Shown: piece after piece, positions 26,363 through 37,009 of the stretch
Layout of the letters: the number at the start of each line of letters is the position of its first letter
Position numbering within the stretch: position 1 is the first letter of the stretch
NCBI GenBank assembly: GCA_000934665.2
Contig: KZ538106.1
Location: forward strand, 62,001-126,000
DNA length: 64,000 nucleotides
Direction: 5' to 3'
Source: Catajapyx aquilonaris
Taxonomy: Eukaryota
Position numbers and translations under genes: made by a program
Notes under the pieces: generated by a model
What the model saw: only the letters and a program-made list of their open reading frames with translations
Database searches by the model: none
Told to the model about the DNA's origin: nothing

Positions 26363-27976
26363 ATGCACGCGCTGTTCGGGGAGCAGAACGCCTATTACCG
26401 GCACCACCACCACGCGGCTGCGGCGGCGGCGGCGGCTGCTGCCGCAGCCGGCGGATATTCCCCGGTCGGACTGCAGTCTATGGGCGGACCGGGGGTCGGT
26501 GTCGGGGTTGGTGTCGGTGTCGGTGTAGGGATGAGCCCGCCAGGTTCGTACGCGTACGAGCAGTACCCGGGGGTGGCTGGGAGGTACTCGCCTTACGTGG
26601 GTGCGTACCCGGGGCACCAGCAGCACCCGCCGCCAAAAGACATGGTGAAGCCGCCGTACTCGTACATCGCCCTGATAGCGATGGCTATACAGAATGCGCC
26701 GGACAAGAAGATCACGCTGAACGGCATCTACCAGTTCATCATGGACCGGTTCCCGTACTACCGCGAGAATAAGCAGGGTTGGCAGAATTCCATCAGGCAC
26801 AACTTGAGCCTGAACGAGTGCTTCGTCAAAGTGCCCCGAGACGATAAGAAGCCCGGAAAAGGCAGCTACTGGACGCTGGACCCAGATTCTTACAACATGT
26901 TTGACAACGGGTCGTACCTGCGACGGCGCCGGCGCTTCAAGAAGAAGGACGCGCTGAGGGAGAAGGAGGAGGCGCTGAAGAGGCAGCAGCAGCACCAGCA
27001 GCAACCTCAGCAGCCCACGGCCCAGCAGGACCAACAGGCCGAGGACCACCATCACCATCAGCACCACCAGCACCATCGCAAGGAGGACGATGGCACGCCT
27101 GTGGGTGCTGACGTGACTCCGAACGGACACCACCAGCACCACCAGCAGCAGCCTCCGCAGCACCACCACCAGCACCACCTCCTTCGAAAGCCAAAGGTGG
27201 AGCCCCTTGACCCCCTGAGCAAGCTGGACAGTTGCATGAGCGCCGTCAAGGGCGAGGACGGCACCGCTTCCTCCTCGCCACCGCCACCATCCATTCCTTC
27301 CTTAGTAGCACCCCTGGCGCCACCCCCTCCACTCCTGATGGATCCTTCTCACCTGCACCAGCACCACCAACAGCAGCACCACCAACAGTCAGCCTTCTCC
27401 GTCGACAGCCTCATGACAGCCAAGGAGGTGTCGGGGAGTCCTCCTCAGCAGCACCTCCAGCACCAACAACACCAGCAGCACCAGCAGCACCAACAACAGC
27501 AGCAACAGCAGCAACAGCACCAGCAGGTGTTCGCACCCTCCGTGTCTCCCACCTACCCCTGTGCGCAGTACCACCAGTCCAGCATGGTTCCGGACGACGC
27601 CTCTTCGTCGGCCGCCGGTGCCGCAGCCGCCGCCGCAGCAGCCGCGGCGGCCGCGGCCATGGTGGGGATGAGCTCTTGCCTGGACCACCAGCACCAGCAC
27701 CACCACATGCAGCACCACCACCACCAGCAGTTCTCCCCCCAGCCGGCCCCCACCTGGTACACGGTGCCTACCTCCGCCGCCGATGACGTCTTCGAGAGCC
27801 GGCTCCTGGGCGTCTCGGGCCCCGCCAGCTCCAGCCCCGGCCCTGCCCCTGTGCCTAGCCCCGGGGCCAACACCTCCTGCCAGCTGGGCTTCCGGACTAC
27901 GCCCACCGCCTACAGGCCCACCTACTACCAGGACTGCTCCTCGGCCTCCGTGGCCAAGTACCCCTCTTCCATTTAA
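26363..27976 (+). CDS. FoxC: Forkhead box protein C (crocodile / FoxC), single coding exon, 537 aa
   Basis: Forkhead domain [105 protein letters not shown] is diagnostic of the FoxC class. Croc-like N-terminus [13 protein letters not shown], eh1-like FSVDSLM, and FoxC-like C-terminal YYQDCS..KY. The first in-frame ATG is at 26363; the frame is open from 26261. Confidence 0.96.
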   Translation: MHALFGEQNAYYRHHHHAAAAAAAAAAAAGGYSPVGLQSMGGPGVGVGVGVGVGVGMSPPGSYAYEQYPGVAGRYSPYVGAYPGHQQHPPPKDMVKPPYSYIALIAMAIQNAPDKKITLNGIYQFIMDRFPYYRENKQGWQNSIRHNLSLNECFVKVPRDDKKPGKGSYWTLDPDSYNMFDNGSYLRRRRRFKKKDALREKEEALKRQQQHQQQPQQPTAQQDQQAEDHHHHQHHQHHRKEDDGTPVGADVTPNGHHQHHQQQPPQHHHQHHLLRKPKVEPLDPLSKLDSCMSAVKGEDGTASSSPPPPSIPSLVAPLAPPPPLLMDPSHLHQHHQQQHHQQSAFSVDSLMTAKEVSGSPPQQHLQHQQHQQHQQHQQQQQQQQQHQQVFAPSVSPTYPCAQYHQSSMVPDDASSSAAGAAAAAAAAAAAAAMVGMSSCLDHQHQHHHMQHHHHQQFSPQPAPTWYTVPTSAADDVFESRLLGVSGPASSSPGPAPVPSPGANTSCQLGFRTTPTAYRPTYYQDCSSASVAKYPSSI

Positions 27977-30900
27977 CTCAGACAGACACGTGATTACTCT
28001 GAGCAACGACGCTTAATATTTATGACCAGGGGACGGTCTCCAGAGGACTGCGCTCGTTCTATACACAGTTTACGTGTGCACTTTTAGTGTCCCGCCGGGA
28101 CACTCCTACACAGGGTATCTATTCTTCTTCCTATTCTTCGCGCTGTCAAGGAGAGACTCCGGATGTTTATTCAGAGTGTGGTTCAACAACTGGTGTTTTA
28201 TGAAAAGGTACTGTACAAGTGTTACTTTTTTCCCCTCCCACCCGCAAGACGTTTTATTTTGGTGAATGTGTTGCTGATTTATGCTAGATCGTATGTTTGG
28301 TATGGTATTATTTAATTCGGTAGATTGCAATCGAGTTGTAAGTGGAAAATTGTTTAGAAGTGATCATCCAAAATTTGGTATTGCTGGCTTATAATTATTG
28401 TATGCTGACAGCCCGATATGTTTCGAATCATTCCTTATGCAGAAACAAAATATGGGTAGTTTTATACTGCATAGTATGCCGCCCTTTTTCAAGCAAATAC
28501 ATGACGTAATTTGAATTTATACATCAAGTTAGTGTATATCGAAGACATATTGAGCAGCCAAAACCAGGGTGGGTCCTCCCGAAAAATTTCAATTTTCACA
28601 ATGCAGCTGTCTGTTCCATCAGTATACCGCACGACAACCAGAATTCCTCACATGATGTGTATATACAGTGCTATATGGTTGATAAAAATTTTCAGTGTCT
28701 CGATGTCCTATCCTTATACCTACTGTATAATTATGTAAGCAAAGAATTTTTACGCAGGCCTAATTTTTCCTGGAACAACCCACTCTGGTTTTGCTTAACG
28801 GGCCCAATATTCAATTACATCGACATTGCTATTAAACATTGGTGACTTAATTCCTCATAGCTAATGCGCGGTAGTGCCAAATTCACACACACGTTCAGTT
28901 CTATTAGCATTGTTTTCGAGCTGACTTTGCAGTTATTCGAATAGATTCAATATTACCGAGTGGTTCAAGGTAAACCAATCCATGCATCTAATCGTGTAAC
29001 AAATTTTAAAGTAATAATGACGAACCAGGATTAACCGTGCCAGGTCTATCAAAACCATTTACTCATTACTACATTAATTACATTATTACCTACAAATTCG
29101 AAAGGGACAATAATTCTTCATTTTATAATAATGTGACCTCACTGCCCTGCCTCTTGCTGCGCATGTTGCAGATGACGAGTTTATCATGGACCACTTGGTG
29201 ACGCGCCCTTTTTACCAAGATTCATAAAATCAAGTGCAAATGGTTTTTGAAGATGGGCTATAAAGCTTGAGAGTAAAATAATAGTTTTTCTATATGTACA
29301 GCAATGCATTGTGTATATCACGTTCAAAATTTCCTTTTTCACAAATGCCTCGACATTTGCATACAGTTTTAATTCCATGAGGCCAATATTTCCCGTCAAA
29401 TACGTGAGCAGAAACCTTCATGCGACACTGCTTCTCATTCCAAAATGTGTGTTTCTAATTATTATAATAACTTAATAGAGAGTAACAAACGCACTTCACA
29501 AGCCAAGTCAATTTTTGGTATTTTTCATCAGTCATATACGTACATATACGTACATTGTGCTCTGGCAATGATTATAAAGAGTGTCACCGCGTCTAATCTC
29601 TGCATAATTATCTTTCATCTGTCAAACAGTAGCTTTAGCTAAAAACATGCCAAAAGTCACATTTAATATGTAAGCTTCCCAATTTCTTACAGCATAGGTC
29701 TACACATCCAGCTAATTTTGAATGATTATCAAAAAGTAAATTTTGGACTATATCGGAGAGGGGGAAAAAAGCCTTACTGTTATAAAAATCGAACTAATGC
29801 AAATTTATAGGCTGTGTTTCGCTTTTATGTGTCAGCTTCCTAGTATGTCTTTTTAGGAATGAACAGGTTTTAACACAAAAAGAGAGAAAACGATTCCATT
29901 GCCGTGTGTGTCTGCTTGTATAGCCTCGATATAAGGTTTTATAGGAGGTGGACCAGTACAACGAAACAGACCTCCTGACTCTTTGATCTCTTCTCAGAAG
30001 TGGACTATGAAAAGGACATAAGTGAGTGCGCGAGTGTTTGTAGCATACATGATGAGTGATGAAAGATGGCAACATCAGCAGGGATTGCACTATAATGTTC
30101 AAGAGACTGACGACGCCACGCTTGGTTGGTTGGATGGATGGATGGATTGGATGGAAGGACGGATGGTTTGGGTTCTCCGAAGACGAAGAAGAAGTAAGGA
30201 GATACGCAACCGGGTCCCCCTTCCTTCCCCTAGGCCTCATTAGACTGTTTATAAACACCGTTGGGGTGAGTATTACAAACATCCGGCTGGCTGTCCCAGC
30301 AACCCCGACAGCTTTTCTTACGACGTGTACCTATACCGCCTCTACAACAACCGCCAAAATCCCCGACCTCTTGTCCCAAGACCATGTTACCACCATCCGG
30401 ATGTTCGTTTCGGAAGCTTCAACCCAACCCATCCAGAACTCGTCCATCCATCCATGCATGGCTTTCTGCTACTTTCGGACCTCAAATATTACTCACAATA
30501 CGTTAAATGAAAACCTGCATATCATATATACTTGCACCGAGTAATCGAGGGTATTCCTACTATGCTGTATCACCACAGTTTCAATTGACCGTTAACTAAT
30601 TCAACGATATGTACACGCTATGCGGACTTTGACTGACTTTCGGGATAAATATTTCTCACGATCTGCATGAATTCTCTATGTGGCTCAGGGATTGTCAGGC
30701 TGGGGAAGACACAACATCTGTTCTTTCAAACTTTTGACTCGTGAATGCCTGGAATTCAGAACGATTTGGGTCCAAAATTCTGGTCCAAAATTAGCGTTGT
30801 GTAATAATGCAGCCCATGGCCTTCACTTTCAGATGTCAAGTCAGTCTTCTGAGGCCGCAATAACTAATTACAGCCTCCCACAGAAATTATTAAAAATGAA

Positions 30901-33900
30901 ATTGTAATGCAACATTCAAATATCCGTCATATCGCAAGTAAATCAGCCAAATTTGACTCTCATCGTCGTTCTGAATGTCATCTCAAAAAACTAATAAGCC
31001 CCATACAGCTTCCATATTGTAGTAACAGGATAATTTATTGCACACTGATCCGCCATCATTTTTCATCTTGCTCCAAAACAAGTCCTGGACGGGGGAAAAA
31101 ATGTGCTTCACCGAACCATATGAGTATTGGACATGTAAGTCATGTAATTATGCAATGGTTGTAAGGTGTTCCGGATGACAGCCACAGCACATGTCAAATG
31201 GTGCTGAAACAGGGCTGGGTGATATTCTCCCCATGCAGTGACTAATGCCACCCCTTGCAACGTATCCCCGAACTTATCTGAATAAATTCTGCAAGTGGAA
31301 GCAAGAAACGAAGCAAATGATGGGTTGGAGAGCCTGAAGGCGAAATTAGAGCCAATGTGGCATGTTCCAACCCCCCTCAACACCCCTTACGCTACACTGA
31401 CGGCCCTGCGATGATCAGTTTGCAGAGGGAAGGACTTTCTCTTGGCGTCCTTTACACTCTATATATGATAGGAGTTTATTTTCTTCTCTTCTCGATGCTA
31501 CACACAGTTTGGCCTTTTTCGTTTATTTGCTTGTTGAGTGGGTAATTATGCGGCCCGACTGTATCGCGCCCTTCAGATTAGTGGGAGGTGCTACTCTTTA
31601 TTAATCAGATCCTGATCATGCGCTTTACAATATGAAGTTGTGAGAATATTCCAGCAGTTATATGGGAAAAAATCCACAAATCGTATTTAACTTAATTGAT
31701 GCGGACAAACTGCGTGCAAGTCACACCTAAATGAAACTAATACAGCATGTGGGAATCCGTTTCAAATTTTGAGCGCACATTACTTGTATATAAGCCTATC
31801 ACAATTGGAGACTGATTCGCACGAAGAAATATTGTATTTATTATTGAAAATCAGAAGCAAATATTTGAGGTCATAATTAGCATAATGCCATCTATTTGTC
31901 AAGAAAGAGTTTTAACTGCTGGTGCAAAGGCCAGCAAGAGTGACTGAACACAAAACTCCTTCCTTCCCCCGTTTTGCAATTCCAATCATGTTTCGTGTGC
32001 ATTTTCTCAAAGCATGGAAGTAGCAGCTGCACGCAGCTCATTCTCCTTAATTATTGTAATCAATTATTACGCAGGTTTCATGAAACGACTGGTCTTGTTA
32101 TTGGTTTATCTCATGATGTATAGTTGTGATGTTGAAGCAGTATGAAAAAAACAATCGGTCAAATATTGTATACGCAGAGTGCAGAGGGAGAAAAAGAAAG
32201 CACTGAATAACACCATTTTTGTTCACAAAGCCTCGAGTCCTGATATTTTTTTCTCCATTTCCCCTTATTCCCGCTCTCTATACGCATATAAACTGGAATG
32301 GATCTATAATATTGTGGGAAACAATGAATGTGAGAGGCAGGGAGAGAAGCATCTACTTGCTGGAGATGGTTGTGGTTGGCCAGAGGCGTTATGGTCGCCA
32401 TCATGCTGCAAACAAGTTTCCATGGGCCTCAACACCTCCGGACGGGCGTTGCTCCCAGCCCCCGGCCTGCATACCAATTCCCTATCACAACACACATTCA
32501 GTTACATTTCACGCAGGTTCAAGTCGCACTATGGATCGTGCAGTTCAACATATCACACCCAATTCTATTACTGTACTCGGATATAGACAACTCTGCTGCA
32601 GTTCTTCAATCCCAAGCATGCAGCCCCGAGTTTATGGGATGAAAGTGCTTATCACGGAGTCGCGTTTATTTTTAAATATCGTTAAAATTAAACGTGTTTA
32701 GCGACAAATAAATTCGGCGCAAATTGACTTACATCTTTCCAGAAAAAACCAGTCTGAGAATTCTCCCAAAATAATACGCCATCCTGTCATTCCGTTCCGC
32801 AAGAATTCGGTGTTCACAGTACAACTGAATGGGTTTCCGTTGTTGCGACATAAACACATTGGAAGTCTTCATCCGGGACCAGGGAGAAGCGCCATAATAT
32901 GACAAGGTTGCTGTCTAATCAGTTGAAATTCTGAATACAACGGTTACTATAATAGCAATGATTTCTCACATGCAGCGGTTACCATGACGAAGTGAGCTGT
33001 TAATTCAATATTTCCCAGTCTATGTCGCCATATCCGCAAAATTGAGTTAAATGACGAGCAATTAACAACGATAATTTTCCAAAGTGTTCTTCAGAATATG
33101 CTAGCTCCGACATCTATTGGTAGGCCTATATGTTATTAAGTCTGCTACAATGATATACATGTTAGTAAACAAATTTATTACCTTATTGGTTGGTTTTTCC
33201 GGCTGTAAAATATGGGCTTGTTTATACATGAACAAACACTTGCAGAGTGATATAATGAGGGTTAGTTTCCAGAGAATATGTATTAGACCTTTTACGGATC
33301 AACAACGTTCAAAAACATTTTCACAGCAGTGTTAGTTTTGCTAATGCGTGACGTTAGTGTGAAAATCGCGCGTCGAGTTTCCCCTCCCAAATAGGGCAAA
33401 CTTTTCCAAATGGGTGTGTTGTTTCATTCCAAAAGTTCCACTCCTATGCTGCATCAGCCTAGTTGATCATGCCGGAGTCAAGTTAATAAAGTTACCTTAT
33501 TTTTCACACTGACGTGCAGGCAGAAAGCTCTCTACATTTTACCTCCAAGCCTAACGAGCTCATACATACCAACTAAAAGTTTCTGCACTCGCAGCATTAG
33601 TATGATCATATATTTGTATACGTTTCGCTCAACCTTCAGGTGAAGCTGCCCTGCTGCTGCCGTCATTGTAGTAAAAAGAAATAGGTTTTGATATGGCTCT
33701 CTATTATAATAAATTATAGGTAGGCCTACGTGTGTAGTGAACATGTCCCTGCGGCGTCATGATGCTGTATATGATAATCGGGCTTGGTTTGGAAAAAAAA
33801 GCACACGTGGGCAGTCTAAAATCAGAATAATTACACAGTTTCAAGTATTTATTGCAACAACAACAACTACTACTACTATGTTAATGTGCGACTTATGTGA

Positions 33901-35174
33901 ATGAATTAACTAAAGCGAATCAGTAAAGATGAATAAATTATGGGAGCAATAGCTTAATTAACGGTTTAAAATTAATACCGTAATACCGGCGCAAGTGAAT
34001 CATATTGAAATTTTCTTGATTCTGTATAACACAGCGACACGTTGTGTTGTGAAGTGACCTCTTACTATATGTAAAAGAGAAGTAGTTTACATTATTTTGG
34101 TGCATGTGTTTGTCAGTTTTCATGTTGATGACTTATTGTAATTCTATCTTTGAAACACCTCAATCAAGTGCCACATGTCACTGAAATCAACATGAAATTG
34201 GCCACATTAACCGTCATTCTCATCAGACACACATCAACAAATCATATTGTTTATATGCGAAACAGGCCGGGTCGATATTATAGTATAGTGACCTAATATG
34301 TTCTGATTTGTTCTCCATCAGGCACGTAGAGTACAAATGGGGTTGAGTTAATCGAACTTATATCATTCTACAAGCACAATCATTAAAGTATATAAAATCA
34401 GGGGAATGCCCATGTTGTTGTTCAAATGTAGTCAAATTTGAAAGATAGGTCTACTGATTTACAGGTTACGAAAAATATACTTGTTTTTAAGATTAGTTTA
34501 CACTGTAAGGTTCTCAACACCATACTTCATATAATCCTAATGAAAACATAGATTCCTTCATGGTATATTGCGTGCGGTGCAGTCAATGTGTTGCGAGGTA
34601 TCCTATTTTTTGAGCTTCCGTGCAGAAAATTGGGAGGAAAAAACTAGTCATTAATAATTCAGATGTTGTGCGGGATGTTATACCAAATTTCTGTCGATGA
34701 TAAAATAATTCCGCTTGCTTAAACTCGCATCACCCAGACGCAAGGATGCTTACGGGCATGAAAAAAACTTCTCATTTGCATTCTAACTCTGCGAGATCAA
34801 TTACGCTTACGCAGAGTGGAAAGGTTAGGAAGACACACAGCATCACCTGTATCATTACTACATTACATTATGCAACTTCATGAAAGTTTATGTGAAGCTA
34901 CACGCACATGGCCTAAATTTGTCGTTGTCAGTGATACTGTAGCGAGGTGAAAAATACAATATTAATTTTATAATTAGGAGCATGTTAGCGGATTTATAAT
35001 TTGTACGAGCATTCACTGTTGTAGAAATTTGCACTATGCACTAAAGAGAAATACTGTACATAATATTTTAGGACTTTAACCATACCCTTTAGGCAACCAG
35101 TAGAGCGCAACCAGTATAATTATACAATAATTATTGAAATGTTTACAAATTTCCAATTTGCATTGTAACACGCT

Positions 35175-36048
35175 TCTATATCCAGCAACATATGTGAGTT
35201 TGTGAGTTTGTTTGTCCCTTATAGAAATCCAGGGGAAGGCCCCTACACCGCCTTAAATTAGCATATCGGGGGTTACTTTTTCCAAGGAATCTAACGCCGC
35301 ATGTTTCAGCTTCCGAAAATGAACCTAACTCCCACAACACGCATATTCCCGAATCTTCTCACTTCTCGGGCCTCAACAATTAACTTACATCAATAACAAT
35401 ATATCAATTTGCATTCCCATGGAAATGCAAATTTAAAAATATGGCAATTTACCTCCCTGCATCGTACCGCAGGGAGGGAACCTTTATTTCGTCTTGATGG
35501 AACCTTTTTGACGTAGCGCCCGGGCCCATGGGCAGGGTGACTAAGGTGCAAGTGCAATTCTCAAAGGGTACATTTTGTGAACTCCCGCGGGTGGCAAGGC
35601 GGGTGGATTAGTCTGAGGAGATTCAACCCGAAACGAAGCCAGAGACGACCCAACTCTGCACGAGATGAAGGGGGGGAACCCCGGGCTGGGATCGAACCCG
35701 GGACCTTAACATCCGTGGGCACATTTCCGCAGCGCCACTTCGTCTCCCCTACGAAATGCCCTTATGCAACAATACCTAGCAAATTAAACTATCACCGTAT
35801 AAATTCAACGCATCCACCAATTACGCTAATTGGCCACCTCATGTGAGTTCGTATATCTTATGGTAATTCCGGGATTTTGTGGGGTGTGATTGTAACTTAT
35901 AAGGCCTATTTTTAAGACATATCGAGTTTCGAGTGTATATGGAAGGGAAATTTTTACGAACAAACACACTTCCTAATATACTGTATATGTATACCCCTAC
36001 CTTTACCAGCACCCCAACATACCCGGGCAACGCCGGGTAACCTGCTAG
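35175..36048 (+). mobile_element. Non-autonomous Helitron carrying a nested SINE
   Basis: 3' end has the hairpin TACCCGG-GCAACG-CCGGGTA (36020-36039) followed by CTAG|T (36045-36049). Candidate 5' end TCTATAT followed by GTTTGTGAGTTTGTTTGTCCC, as in insect Helitron-N elements. The 5' boundary is less certain. Confidence 0.62.
35450..35750 (-). mobile_element. tRNA-derived SINE, same family as 4068-4446
   Basis: The reverse complement shares CCCACGGATGTTAAGGTCCC(A/G)GGTTCGATCCCAGCC, TCGTGCAGAG, TCTCTGGCTTCGT, GGAGTTCACAAA and CCTGCCCATGGGCCC with the first copy. Confidence 0.85.
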
Positions 36049-36997
36049 TACACTAATATAACTGGAGTCTACCTTAGGTATATAGAGGAAACCTGAGCAG
36101 ACACTTCTTTCTATATGACTTGCAGCAAAAGTCAACAAAATTATTGTTACGATGCTTGTTACCCACACTTCAGGACGCGACAACCCCTTGTGGTCAAATA
36201 AGTGTACCATTTCTGTGCCATGTATTACCCGAAATTCTCTAAAAATTCAAACACTAATAGCCCTAACTGGAGGTATAGTGCAGTATGTGATCTACTTTCT
36301 ATCATACTCGTGCTGGAATATTGCTTACCGATATGCTATAAACTTATGCGCAACAGCAACACTACAAACTCCAAAGCAATAACCATCAAGTGATTAGCAT
36401 TAACGTCATGAATCACTAATTACTGAAGCACCTATAGTCCTATACTGTCGGTTGAAACTGTCGGTTGAAACTTTCGGCCAAATGTGTGTATACAACATTA
36501 TCAGTGCCAGAACAAGTTTGTTAGACACTTAAGACTGACAGGACACAGCACTCAGACTGTTTTAATCTAACGAAGCTAAATTCTTTTAATCAGATCAAAT
36601 AATTTACTGGATTGGCGTATAAAAAAATCAAAAATGTTACAGTTACTCTTTCTTTAACATTTTAGTCCAATCCTGTAGTTTCATCGTACTGCATAATTAT
36701 ATAGATGAGAGATTGACGAATAATCCCGAATTATTTACCAATTCCAAATATTGTGGCAAGGCGGGTAATTCCAGTTTTCATAGGCCTTTGTCCTCCAGCT
36801 CTACGAAATTATTATAAGCTATTGCGTCAGTTGATAAGACGTGTGACATGATGCGTTTTTCTTTTACGAAAAGGCACATATTATCATACAGGACTTTGAG
36901 AATCTTGCATAAGAGGCAGCCTCCTGGGAGGCAATGAAATAAATTGAGCGTCTTCCTTATTCATTCTAAGATGCTTCCTTTGCTCCCCCCCCCCCCC

Positions 36998-37009
36998 NNN
37001 NNNNNNNNN
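36998..37009. other. Assembly gap (12 N) inside a poly-C run
   Basis: N characters flanked by C homopolymer. Confidence 0.99.

Noticed and set aside
26243..27178. 311-aa antisense ORF, and other ORFs overlapping FoxC (27389-28006, 27232-27786, 26281-26772)
   Set aside because: Shadow ORFs produced by the GC-rich, CAG/CAC-biased FoxC coding strand; no independent protein features.
33351..33515. Imperfect inverted pair of about 16 bp (ACGTTAGTGTGAAAA / TTTTCACACTGACGT)
   Set aside because: Possibly a decayed MITE, but no target-site duplication or family signature supports a call.
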